From Candidatus Spongiisociaceae bacterium (GTDB lineage Bacteria; Actinomycetota; Acidimicrobiia; Spongiisociales; Spongiisociaceae), in assembly GCA_965219685.1 (NCBI GenBank), contig CBDCOH010000002.1, positions 1,952,001 to 2,016,000 on the forward strand: DNA of 64,000 nucleotides. The letters run 5' to 3'. The notes beneath the pieces were generated by a model that was given only the letters and a program-made list of their open reading frames with translations, made no database searches and was not told the origin of the DNA. Shown piece after piece: positions 18,205-27,700 of this stretch (position 1 is the stretch's first letter; each line of letters begins with the position of its first letter). The translations under genes and the position numbers were made by a program.

Positions 18205-20037
18205 CTAGTACATGCCATCGATCAGGTCCTTGAACATCTCCTCCATTACCGCCCTCTTCAGCTTTTGGGTGGCGGTCAACTCACCGTCCTCGTGATCCAA
18301 CTCCTTCGGGATCATCCGGAACCTCCGGATGTTCTCCACCCGGGCGAACTTGGCGTTCGTCCGGTCCACCTCCTCCTGTACCAGCGCTATGACCTCCGGC
18401 TTCTCACCCAGGTCCCGGTACGTCGTGTACGGGATGTTGCGCCGGGTGGCCCAGTCCCCCGCCGCGTCGAACTCGATCCCTATCAGAGCGGTCAGGTAGT
18501 TCCTGCGGTCGCCTATGACCATGGCCTCCTTGACATAGGGCGAAGTCTTGAGGCTGTTCTCGATCTCCGACGGAGAGATGTTCTTGCCCCCGGAAGTGAT
18601 GATTATGTCCTTCATCCGGTCGACGATCCGGATGTGGGTGCCGTCGACCCACTCCCCAACGTCGCCGGTGCGGAGCCAGCCGTCGGCGGTGAAGGCCTCC
18701 TCGGTCTGGGCGGGCCGGTTCCAGTAACCCCTGAAGACAGCCTGATGCCTGGTCTGGATCTCTCCCGTGTCCGGATCGATCCGTAACCCGATGCCCGGAT
18801 ACGGTTCACCCACCGTTCCCAGCTTCATACGTCCGGGGAGGTTGGTGGTCGCCACCGCCGAGTTCTCGGTCATGCCGTAGAGCTCGTACAGGTTGACGCC
18901 CAGCCCGTGGAAGAACTCGATCACCTCGGGAGCGATGGGCGCCGCCCCGGTACCCGCCCAGCGACATCGACGGAGCCCGATCCTCTCCCGCACCGCCCGG
19001 AACACCACCGGATACCCGATCGCGAACAGGAGGGCGCTGAGCATGGTGTGCCGGCCCCCATTGCGAGCCCTCTCCCGTCCGATGGTCATCGCCAATCCGA
19101 GGCCGAAAGAGGTGCAGACGCGCTTGAACCTGGTGGCGTTCCTGCCCCCGATCAGCACCGAGGCGTGGAGTTTCTCCCAGATGCGGGGAACTGCGAAGAA
19201 TAGGGTGGGTTGGACCTCCCGGAGGTTCTCGCCGACCGTGTCGATGGACTCCGCGAAGTTGAGGACGGTACCGATCCCTGCCGACGTCCAGGTCGAGAAT
19301 ATCCGCTCTGCCGCGTGGCACAGGGGAAGGTAGGTGAGTATCTGGTCCGAGGGGCCCGGCGGCACGCCGTCCGGCATTCTTTCCCCGCTCCGGACCAGGA
19401 CCTCGAGGCAGTACGCTACGTTGGCGTTGTCGAGCATCGCCCCCTTCGGAGGACCCGTCGTGCCGGACGTGTAGACGAGCGTCACCACATCGTCGGGGCG
19501 TGCCTGCGCCATCCGGTCCTCGACGGCGGTGGGATTGGACGCCCGGTGCCTGCGTCCGAACTCGAGCAGGTCGTCCCATAAGACGAACCTGGCGTCCTCC
19601 CGGTAGGCACGGAAACCTCTTGGCTCCACGTGGATGATGGTCCGCAGCCCCGGCAAGGCCTCCATCACCTCCAGCACCTTCTCGGCTTGTTCCTGGTCCT
19701 CGGCAAGATGGACGCAGGCTCCGGAATCCTCGAGCACGTACCGGACCTCCGCCGCAGGATTGGTGGGATAGAGTCCGACGGTCGTCCCTCGCAGCGCGAC
19801 CGTGGCCATGTCGAGTATCACCCACTCCGGGCGGTCCTCGGAATGTATCGACACCCGGTCGCCCACGTCGACGCCGAGTGACAACAGCCCGTGGGCGGCC
19901 AGGACGACCTGCTCCCAGTAGGTACCCCAGGTGATCTCCCGCCAAACCCCGTATCTCTTCTCGCGCATGGCAACCGAGTCCGGGCTGGTAACCGCACGCT
20001 CCCTCACGAGTGACGGCAGCGTCTCCAACAAGGACAC
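18205..20037 (-). CDS. Long-chain fatty acid--CoA ligase (FadD-like AMP-binding enzyme)
   Basis: YTSGTTGPPKG, YLPLCH, YGMTE, GWLRTGDVG, IVDRMKDIIITSGGKNISP, ELTATQKLKR. Confidence 0.9.
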   Translation of the reverse strand: MSLLETLPSLVRERAVTSPDSVAMREKRYGVWREITWGTYWEQVVLAAHGLLSLGVDVGDRVSIHSEDRPEWVILDMATVALRGTTVGLYPTNPAAEVRYVLEDSGACVHLAEDQEQAEKVLEVMEALPGLRTIIHVEPRGFRAYREDARFVLWDDLLEFGRRHRASNPTAVEDRMAQARPDDVVTLVYTSGTTGPPKGAMLDNANVAYCLEVLVRSGERMPDGVPPGPSDQILTYLPLCHAAERIFSTWTSAGIGTVLNFAESIDTVGENLREVQPTLFFAVPRIWEKLHASVLIGGRNATRFKRVCTSFGLGLAMTIGRERARNGGRHTMLSALLFAIGYPVVFRAVRERIGLRRCRWAGTGAAPIAPEVIEFFHGLGVNLYELYGMTENSAVATTNLPGRMKLGTVGEPYPGIGLRIDPDTGEIQTRHQAVFRGYWNRPAQTEEAFTADGWLRTGDVGEWVDGTHIRIVDRMKDIIITSGGKNISPSEIENSLKTSPYVKEAMVIGDRRNYLTALIGIEFDAAGDWATRRNIPYTTYRDLGEKPEVIALVQEEVDRTNAKFARVENIRRFRMIPKELDHEDGELTATQKLKRAVMEEMFKDLIDGMY

Positions 20038-20237
20038 CGGTAGCGGAGATTGCGGTCTGTCGACAACCGCGGTCAGAGTCAGCCCCTCTCCAAAGCGGAC
20101 ACCCCAGAAAAACGATCACAGGCTACCAAATCCCGGTTGTCCCGTTTTGCCTGGCCTAGCAGTGTTTTTCCGATCTCTCGACAAGGAGACGCGAGGGTCG
20201 CCTGTTCCGCAGGCCTATCATCCGCAGCGGACCGCAC

Positions 20238-22019
20238 GTGCCGGCGTCCGCGCTTCGGCGCGGAAACCGGTTGGCAGGAGGTCAGGAAACGGCCCGGATC
20301 AACGACCACATTCGCTACGAACCGGACGACAGGTGCCCACCTCTCGTCTCGTTCGGTGTCGCCCTCCAGTCGGTAGTGCTGGTGCTGGCGCCGACCGTCG
20401 TCATCGTGGCGATCACGGTCCGCTCGGCCGGGCAGGACGACTCCTACCTCGAGTGGGCTGTGTTCGCCGCCCTTGTCATAGGTGGCCTTGCCACCGCCAT
20501 GCAGTCCGGTCGCGCCGGACGTATGGGCGCCGGGCATCTACTGATCACGTGTGCCACGCCCTCGTACATCGCCATCGTTCTGATCGCCCTGGAAGCAGGC
20601 GGTCCCAGCCTGCTGGCCACGCTCACCGTGGTCGCCGCCCTCTGCCAGATGGCCCTGGCCGTATGGCTGCCGTCCCTGCGCCGGATCGTCACACCGGTCG
20701 TCTCGGGGACGGTCCTGATGCTGATCGTGGTCGCGGTCCTTCCTCTGGCCTTCGACCGGTTCCAGGAGGTACCGGAGAGCGCCGGGCCGGTGGCGGGCCC
20801 CCTGGTAGCCATTGTCACGCTGATCGTCACCACAGCGATGGTGCTCTCCGCCAGGGGCGCTTGGAGGATCTGGACATCGCTCATCGGTATCGCGGCCGGC
20901 TGCGCGCTCTCGGCCGGGTTCGGGCTCTACGACTTGCAGCGGGTCGTCGACGCCCCCTGGTTCGGTGTTCCCGGCAGCCGCCTGCCCGGACTCGCGCTGG
21001 CGCCGGGTGCAGACTTCTGGGCTCTCCTCCCGGCCTTCGCGATCCTGAGCCTTGTGCTCGGCGTCAAGATCGTCGGCGACGGCGCCGTCATCCAACAGGT
21101 ATCGCACCGGCGGCCGGGAAGCACCGACTACCGGGTGATCCAGGGTGTCCTCAACACCAACGCGGTCGGCGTGCTGCTGGCGGGGGTTACCGGAACGCCT
21201 CCCACGACGGTCTATTCGGCGTCGAGCGCGGCGATAATCAACCTCACCGGTGTAGCGGCCCGAAGCGTCGGCTACGGGGTCGGGGCGGTCCTGTTGGCTC
21301 TTGCCTTCCTGCCGAAGATCACAGCCGTTCTGATCGCGGTTCCGAGTCCGGTCATGGGCGCCTACCTGCTGTTCCTGATGGGCCTTCTGTTCGTGGAGGG
21401 CATGAGGACCGTCGTTCAAGATGGCCTCGACCAGCGTAAGACCATGGTGGTGGCCCTCTCCTTCTCGGTCGGTGTCGGAGTGGAGTACCACGGTTTCTTC
21501 GCTCACGTCTTCGGCGGAACGTGGGCCGCCTCGCTCGATACGGGCATGACGGTCGGAGCAGTCGTAGCGGTGCTGATGACGTTCGCGATAGAGGTACTCG
21601 GGAAGCGGCCGCTCAGGCTGCAGGGACCGCTGGCGACCGAGTCACTGCCCGGGATCTACCGGATGCTCCGCGACCTCGCCTCCCGCCGAGGTTGGGACGA
21701 GGCGGCAACCGACCGGTTGTGCTCGGCCGGGGAAGAGACCCTCCTGAGCCTGCTGCAGCCCGGCAACCGTTACGAATCGGACACCACGCCGCGGCTGACG
21801 GTCAACGCGCGGGGCTCGGCGACGTCGGCGGAGATGGAGTTCCTTGCCGTCTTCGTGGAGGAGAACCTGGAAGACCACCTGGCCTACCTCGACGAGCAGA
21901 CCGACGTCTTCGACGACCGCGAGATGTCCTTCCGCCTGTTACGACACTATGCCTCCTCGGTCCGCCATCAGAAGTTCTACGGGATGGATGTAGTCACGGT
22001 ACGGGTCGACAGGGCGTAG
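20238..22019 (+). CDS. supE: NCS2 (xanthine/uracil permease)-fold transporter with extra C-terminal soluble domain; sup-cluster permease
   Basis: RYEPDD.CP, RRIVTPVVSGTVLMLI, LTGVAARSVG, FLPKI..V..VPSPVMG; adjacent to ACP/hydrolase/PPTase/PKS; start uncertain (20238 or 20271). Confidence 0.75.
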   Translation: MPASALRRGNRLAGGQETARINDHIRYEPDDRCPPLVSFGVALQSVVLVLAPTVVIVAITVRSAGQDDSYLEWAVFAALVIGGLATAMQSGRAGRMGAGHLLITCATPSYIAIVLIALEAGGPSLLATLTVVAALCQMALAVWLPSLRRIVTPVVSGTVLMLIVVAVLPLAFDRFQEVPESAGPVAGPLVAIVTLIVTTAMVLSARGAWRIWTSLIGIAAGCALSAGFGLYDLQRVVDAPWFGVPGSRLPGLALAPGADFWALLPAFAILSLVLGVKIVGDGAVIQQVSHRRPGSTDYRVIQGVLNTNAVGVLLAGVTGTPPTTVYSASSAAIINLTGVAARSVGYGVGAVLLALAFLPKITAVLIAVPSPVMGAYLLFLMGLLFVEGMRTVVQDGLDQRKTMVVALSFSVGVGVEYHGFFAHVFGGTWAASLDTGMTVGAVVAVLMTFAIEVLGKRPLRLQGPLATESLPGIYRMLRDLASRRGWDEAATDRLCSAGEETLLSLLQPGNRYESDTTPRLTVNARGSATSAEMEFLAVFVEENLEDHLAYLDEQTDVFDDREMSFRLLRHYASSVRHQKFYGMDVVTVRVDRA

Positions 22020-22237
22020 ATCGACGGCTCACTGGTCACCAGCGGAGCGCGTCGAGTCGGCAAACCCTCGCAACCGCGGTCCACTGAGCGAGTCGCACCC
22101 GGGGCGTCTTTGCTCCGGGGGCCGGGTCATCGCCCCTACCCGGCGCCACCGGCCGCCCTACTTCGGTTGACTTGTATACGTGATACGGCTACGGTCAGCG
22201 CGTCTTACAGCAGTCCGAGTAGAAAGGCGCATCGTCA

Positions 22238-22483
22238 ATGGCCTCCACCGCAGAACGACTCACCAGCCTGGTCAACGACAACATCGAAGTGGATGGGCAA
22301 GCCCTTGACGTTCCCGATGACCTGAACATCAGCCTTGTCGACTCCGGGGTACCCTCGCTGGACATCGTGGCTTTCGCGAAGCTTGTCACCCAAGAGTTCA
22401 ATGTCGAATTCACCGTCGACGACTGCGTCGCCCTCAACAGCCTCAGCGAAGTCGTAGACTTTCTCGACAGCAAGGCCGGCTGA
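22238..22483 (+). CDS. supB: Stand-alone acyl carrier protein
   Basis: 81 aa, acidic; SLVDSGVPSLDIV (Ppant Ser) and EFNVEF..DD.....SLSEVVDFL; GAAAGG RBS. Confidence 0.8.
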   Translation: MASTAERLTSLVNDNIEVDGQALDVPDDLNISLVDSGVPSLDIVAFAKLVTQEFNVEFTVDDCVALNSLSEVVDFLDSKAG

Positions 22484-22738
22484 GCGCGCGGAGCGACAGA
22501 TCCCAGAACTCCTTAGCTGGACAAGTCGTTTCCAAGCCATCCGACCGAAGGCTCACACGTAAGCCTCGGTTGACAACGACGCAAAACACCGTTGTGGCTC
22601 GGAGACGTTCTGTCGCCCCTGCCGTGGATCCGCCGGGTTTCTGTTAGCGAGACCGCCCCTCCGATCAACCGGAGCCTCGCGCATCGCCTCCCCCGAGAAC
22701 CGAAAGAACCCGATCCACCGCTAGCCACCGATCGCTAA

Positions 22739-23674
22739 CTAGCAACTAGCAACTCCTAGCGACGTGACGAAGTCGCGCACTATGTCGGCACATACCTGCG
22801 GCTTCTCAAGCGGAAGAAAATGCGTAGCATCCGGTAGGAAGTCGTAGTCCACACTCAACATGTCGCTTAGGTCAAGGGTAGGAAGGTAAGAGTACGGTAA
22901 CGTAGGGTCCGCGCCTATTACCTTTGTCGGACAAACGAGCTCTTCGAAGTCCACAAGGACTGCGAAGGAGCTGGCATAGTCGATGATTATGGCTTCATAG
23001 TCTCGAGGGCACCGAAGCTCGAAGGCTTCCCCCTCCTTCTTTAGCGTCGTCATAGCCATGAGATCTAGAGCCCCTGGTACTACATAGCGGAATATGGGAG
23101 AGAATCCGAGTAGTTCAACGAATTGTTCCGTGGATTGGAACCGATCAGTCCGTCGTCTAGTTATGGCAGAAGTCCTCGTAGCTGCTATGTCAAACTCTTC
23201 GTAGCTACGACCCGGTTTGCAGAGTGGAGGATCGAACAGAATCCGGGCTGCGAACCCGCTCCCTCTGGTAGGAGACAGGAGGCTTACGAGGGCAGACACC
23301 GAGTGGAAAATTCCCACCTTTGGCTTCGGTCCATGTATCTCATCGATAGCCTCCATTACACGATCATGATCCTTCACAAGGGTAGGAACATTGTGTTTCG
23401 CGATCGGACCCACTTCGTTCCAGCCATGGTTCCTCAAGTCATACACAATGATGTCAAAGTCGCCGCAGAGGATGGACCAGAATGGGTAGTAGAGATCAAT
23501 AGCCAAGCCATTGCCATGACACAGCACGAGACGAGGGCCGTCCGGGTTCCCATGCCGGCGCACCACGATAGACGTGTCGCCATCGACCGCGACGTTCCGA
23601 ACCGAAACAGGGTCCGGGAGTTCCCACACTGGATCCGACAGATTACTCAACTCGACGGTCTCCGACCTGTTCAT
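22739..23674 (-). CDS. supD: Alpha/beta hydrolase (thioesterase-like)
   Basis: CHGNGLA, YDLRNHG, nucleophile elbow GIFHSVSA, THFLPLEKP; start uncertain (23674-23719). Confidence 0.75.
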   Translation of the reverse strand: MNRSETVELSNLSDPVWELPDPVSVRNVAVDGDTSIVVRRHGNPDGPRLVLCHGNGLAIDLYYPFWSILCGDFDIIVYDLRNHGWNEVGPIAKHNVPTLVKDHDRVMEAIDEIHGPKPKVGIFHSVSALVSLLSPTRGSGFAARILFDPPLCKPGRSYEEFDIAATRTSAITRRRTDRFQSTEQFVELLGFSPIFRYVVPGALDLMAMTTLKKEGEAFELRCPRDYEAIIIDYASSFAVLVDFEELVCPTKVIGADPTLPYSYLPTLDLSDMLSVDYDFLPDATHFLPLEKPQVCADIVRDFVTSLGVASC

Positions 23675-23765
23675 CCGAAAGAGGGACAGCCAACCGACAG
23701 GAGGCCATGTTGCAGCCAAGGCTCAGGCTGATCCTTCGTGGCATGGAGCGCACCTCCCGTATCAT

Positions 23766-24485
23766 TCAGCTACGTCCATCTGGTGACATCTCGAAAGCGA
23801 GCGCAGCTGCAAACGACTCGTTTCCGATATCCTCGAGCTGCCACCAACTCCTGTCTGGCTCCGGAGAGCGGAACTCGCCCCGCCTCGCTCCCCGGCGCAT
23901 GGCCACCGGTACCTGGAGTCGGGACACATCAAGAGCATGGCCGGTCCCGATTCCCTTGATGATCGCCTCTTTGATCGTCCAGAACCGGAAGAACTCGTCG
24001 AGGCGCCGGTCGGCCGCCAGCAACGCCAGGGCGGCTCGCTCCTCCGGGCCGAGCACCGTGCGGGCCAATCCGTCGAAATAGCGGCGCGGGACACGCTCCT
24101 CCACGTCGACACCGACCCGTCCCCCGGCCGCCAGTGCTATCAACCCGTGCTCGCCACCATGGCTGACATTGAAACTCACCGGGGCCGGCCGGTCGCGCAC
24201 GAGGGCGAACGGCTTCCCACGATCCGACGCGGCGAAGGTGATCTCATCCCCTCCGCACCCGAGTCGGGCGGCGAGGATGGCGCGGAGCGCAGCCCTGCAC
24301 AACCCGAACCGCCTGCGCGGCCCCGCGTACCGGTAGCCTTCCCAACGCAGTTTCTCAGCGCTGTCCAGCCACACCAGCGCCTCCTGCTCTCGCGACGCGT
24401 CAGCTCCGAGCTCTACGTGCACGACGAGAATGTGCCCATATCGTCCGTACGGCGCCCACCAAGGATCGGCGACCGCGGACGGCAT
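23766..24485 (-). CDS. supC: Sfp-type 4'-phosphopantetheinyl transferase
   Basis: RGKP, FNVSHG, VGVDVE, FFRFWTIKEAIIKGIGTG. Confidence 0.9.
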   Translation of the reverse strand: MPSAVADPWWAPYGRYGHILVVHVELGADASREQEALVWLDSAEKLRWEGYRYAGPRRRFGLCRAALRAILAARLGCGGDEITFAASDRGKPFALVRDRPAPVSFNVSHGGEHGLIALAAGGRVGVDVEERVPRRYFDGLARTVLGPEERAALALLAADRRLDEFFRFWTIKEAIIKGIGTGHALDVSRLQVPVAMRRGARRGEFRSPEPDRSWWQLEDIGNESFAAALAFEMSPDGRS

Positions 24486-24788
24486 GGCGTCCAGGGAGTG
24501 GCTGATCTGGATACCTCTCGCTGCGTGTGATGAAGGTTAGATCACCACACTCTCTATACGACCTCCAGTATGACAGCGGAACTCGAACGAACGCGAAACG
24601 TCGTCTTGAACCTATCCGAACAGGATTGCCGAACCGCACCCTCCTGTAGCGGGACTCCATGGCACCCGGGGAGCGCTGTACCGGCGCCTAGGCCGCTGGG
24701 AGAGAGGCGATTCGGCAATCTAGTATCCAGGCTAAGTGGGGGCTGTGTTCGCTCGCATTGAGCACGTAACGGAATAGGAGTACAGCAA

Positions 24789-27700
24789 GTGACCCGGCCA
24801 GACGGCGGCGAGTCCCTCCCGGTGACCGGACGAGGGATGGCCACAGCAGCCCGATCCGAGCAACCCGTCGCGATCGTGGGTATGGCGTGCCGGTTCCCCG
24901 GCGCGGCGAACATCCCTGCCTTCTGGCGCAGGCTGGAGGAAGGCGCGAATTCGGTGGTCGAGGGAGATCCCGGTTCCGGCCGGGGGCGGGTCGGCGACCT
25001 GTTTCCCGATACCTCGGTCCGGAGCGAGGCCTGCCGCTTCGGGGCCTACCTGGACGACCTGACCCGGTTCGACGCCTCCTTCTTTCGCATCTCACCGGTG
25101 GAGGCACAGCTACTCGATCCCCAGCAGCGCCTAATGCTGGAGACGAGCTGGCGGGCCCTCGAGGACGCCGGCATCGACCCGGCCGGGCTCAGGGGGAGCC
25201 GGACCGGGGTTTACGCGGGCATCAGCAACTACGACTACCGGGGTCTGATCCTGGGCGTGGCCGGTGCGGCCGAGCCGGCCCCCAGCCTCTACACCGTCAC
25301 CGGCACCTCCTTCAACACCGCGATCGGCCGGGTCGCCTATGCACTGGGGCTGCAGGGACCGGCCATCGCGATGGACACGGCCTGCTCGTCGTCGCTGGTG
25401 GCGGTCCACCAGGCGGTGACCGCGCTGCAGCGGGACGAGGCGGATCTGGCCCTGGCGGGCGGGGTCCACACAGTCCTGTCCGGACGCCTGCTGGAACTGC
25501 GCGCCAACGCCGGGATGCTGGCGCCCGACGGCCGGTGCAAGACCTTCGACGCGGCCGCCAACGGCTACGTGAGGGGGGAGGGATGCGGGATCCTGATCCT
25601 CAAGCGGCTCGGGGACGCCCAAGCCGACGCCGACCGCATCTGGGCGGTGATCCGGGGGGCGGCGCTGAACCAGGACGGCGCCAGCCAGGGACTGACCGTA
25701 CCGAACGGAACGGCTCAGGAACTCGTCATCGCGGACGCACTGCGCCGGGCGGGGCTCCGCCCGTCCGAGGTCGACTACGTGGAGGCGCACGGAACCGGGA
25801 CATCCGTCGGAGACCCGATCGAGGCGCGGGCCACCGGATCCGCGTACGCGAAGGGGCGGGCCGAGGACCGTCCGTTGCTGATCGGTTCGGTGAAGACGAA
25901 CATCGGGCATCTGGAACCGGCCGCCGGGGTGGCCGGCATTATTAAGACGGTCCTGGCGATGAGCCAGGGCGTGATCCCCAAACACCTGAACTTCCGGACT
26001 CCGAACCCGGAGATCCCCTGGGGGAGGCTCCCGCTCCGGGTTACCTCCGAGGCCACCCCCTGGCCGTACGTTCCTGACCGGCCACCCCTGGCAGGCGTCA
26101 GCGGCTTCGGTTGGTCGGGCACCAACGCCCACGTGCTGCTGGAGGGATACGGGACGGCGGACCGGATGGCGGCCGCGCCTGCGAACGGGCGATGGCCTCG
26201 GGGTTCCGCTCGATCGGTCCATGTCCGCCTCCCCGAAGGGGTCACCGAACGGGCGCCCCAGGACCGACCCACCCGCCGTTCAACCCGCGTACTGCCGCTC
26301 TCGGGACGAACATCGCAGGCTCTGCGGGACCTGGCAGGACGCTACGTGGCATGGCTCGACGATCACCCGGAGGCGCTCGGGTCCGGGAATACGGCCGCGG
26401 ACCGCTTCCTTTCCGACATGACATGGAGCGCAAGCGTGGGACGTAGCCACTTCTCCCGGCGGGCCGGGATCACCTTCGGGGACGCGGCTTCCCTCCGCGA
26501 GAAGCTGGCCGCTCTGGCAGCGACCGCGGGGGAGGTATCACCGCCGACGACTACCAGGGTTGCCTTCGCCTACACGGGCCAGGCCAGCCAGTGGGTGGGA
26601 ATGGGCGAGGCGCTGTACGAGAGCGAGCCGGTGGTCCGCGCCGTCCTCGACCGCTGCGACGACGTGATGCGCGAGCACCGGGACATCTCGCTGCTCGACG
26701 TCATGTTCGGCCGCGCCGGACACGGCGACCTTCTCGACGAGGCAGCCTGGACGCAGCCCGCCATCTACGCGCTGGAATGCGCCCTCACCGCGCTGTGGGC
26801 GAGCGTCGGCATCGAGCCGGAGGTGGTGGTCGGGCACAGCCTGGGGGAGATCGCCGCCGCGCAGGCGGCCGGCGTGTACACGCTCGAGGACGGGCTCCTG
26901 TTCGCCGCGGCACGTGGAGAGTTGATGGGGGCGCTCCCCGGCAGAGGGGCGATGGCGGCCGTCTTCGCCCCGGCGGACCGGGTGAGAGCGGCCGTGGCGC
27001 GGCAGAACGCGGCATCGGGAAGCAACCCGGGCGTGAGCATCGCGGCCGACAACGGCGCCCAGCAGGTGGTGAGCGGCCCGGAGAAGGATGTGGAAGCGAT
27101 AGTCGATCGCTTCGAGTCGGAGGGCGTTTGGGCGAGGAAGCTGAGGAAGAGCCCCGCCTACCACAGCGCACTGGTGGAACCGGCTCTCGATGATCTGGAA
27201 AGGGTCCTGGCATCGGTGGAGACCGCCGCAGCCTCGTGCTCCCTGGTGAGCAGCATGACCGGCCGGGTCATGGAGGCCGACGGGAAGCTCGACGGCGGCT
27301 ACTGGAGGCAGCAGGCCCGGCGACCGGTGGCCTTCCGTGACTGTATAGGGACCCTCGCCGACCTTGAAGTGGACGTGGTGATCGAGATCGGCCCCCGGTC
27401 GGTCCTGGGGCCGATGGTGCTAATGGGATGGCCGGACACGTCGGGCCGGAGCCCCACCGTCCTGTCGAGCCTGAGCGGACCCCCGGATCCGTCCGACCAG
27501 GACGAGGGCACCGGCTTCGAGGAAGCGGTGGCAGGCGCTTACCAGGCCGGCCTCGCCATGACCTTCGAAGGGCTCTACGCGGGAGAGGAACGCCGCCGGG
27601 TGCCGGTCCCCGGCTACCCGTTCCAGCGCGAGCGCTACTGGGTGGAGGGGCGCAGGCGGCGCCGGAGGGATGGCGGGCATCCCCTGCTGGGCGTCCACCA

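Noticed and set aside
17703-18233. ORFs over the dispersed element (17750-18190, 17703-18233, 51375-51770 and others)
   Set aside because: Reading frames are not conserved between the two copies (indel, stop, different starts); the shared peptide fragments merely reflect DNA identity
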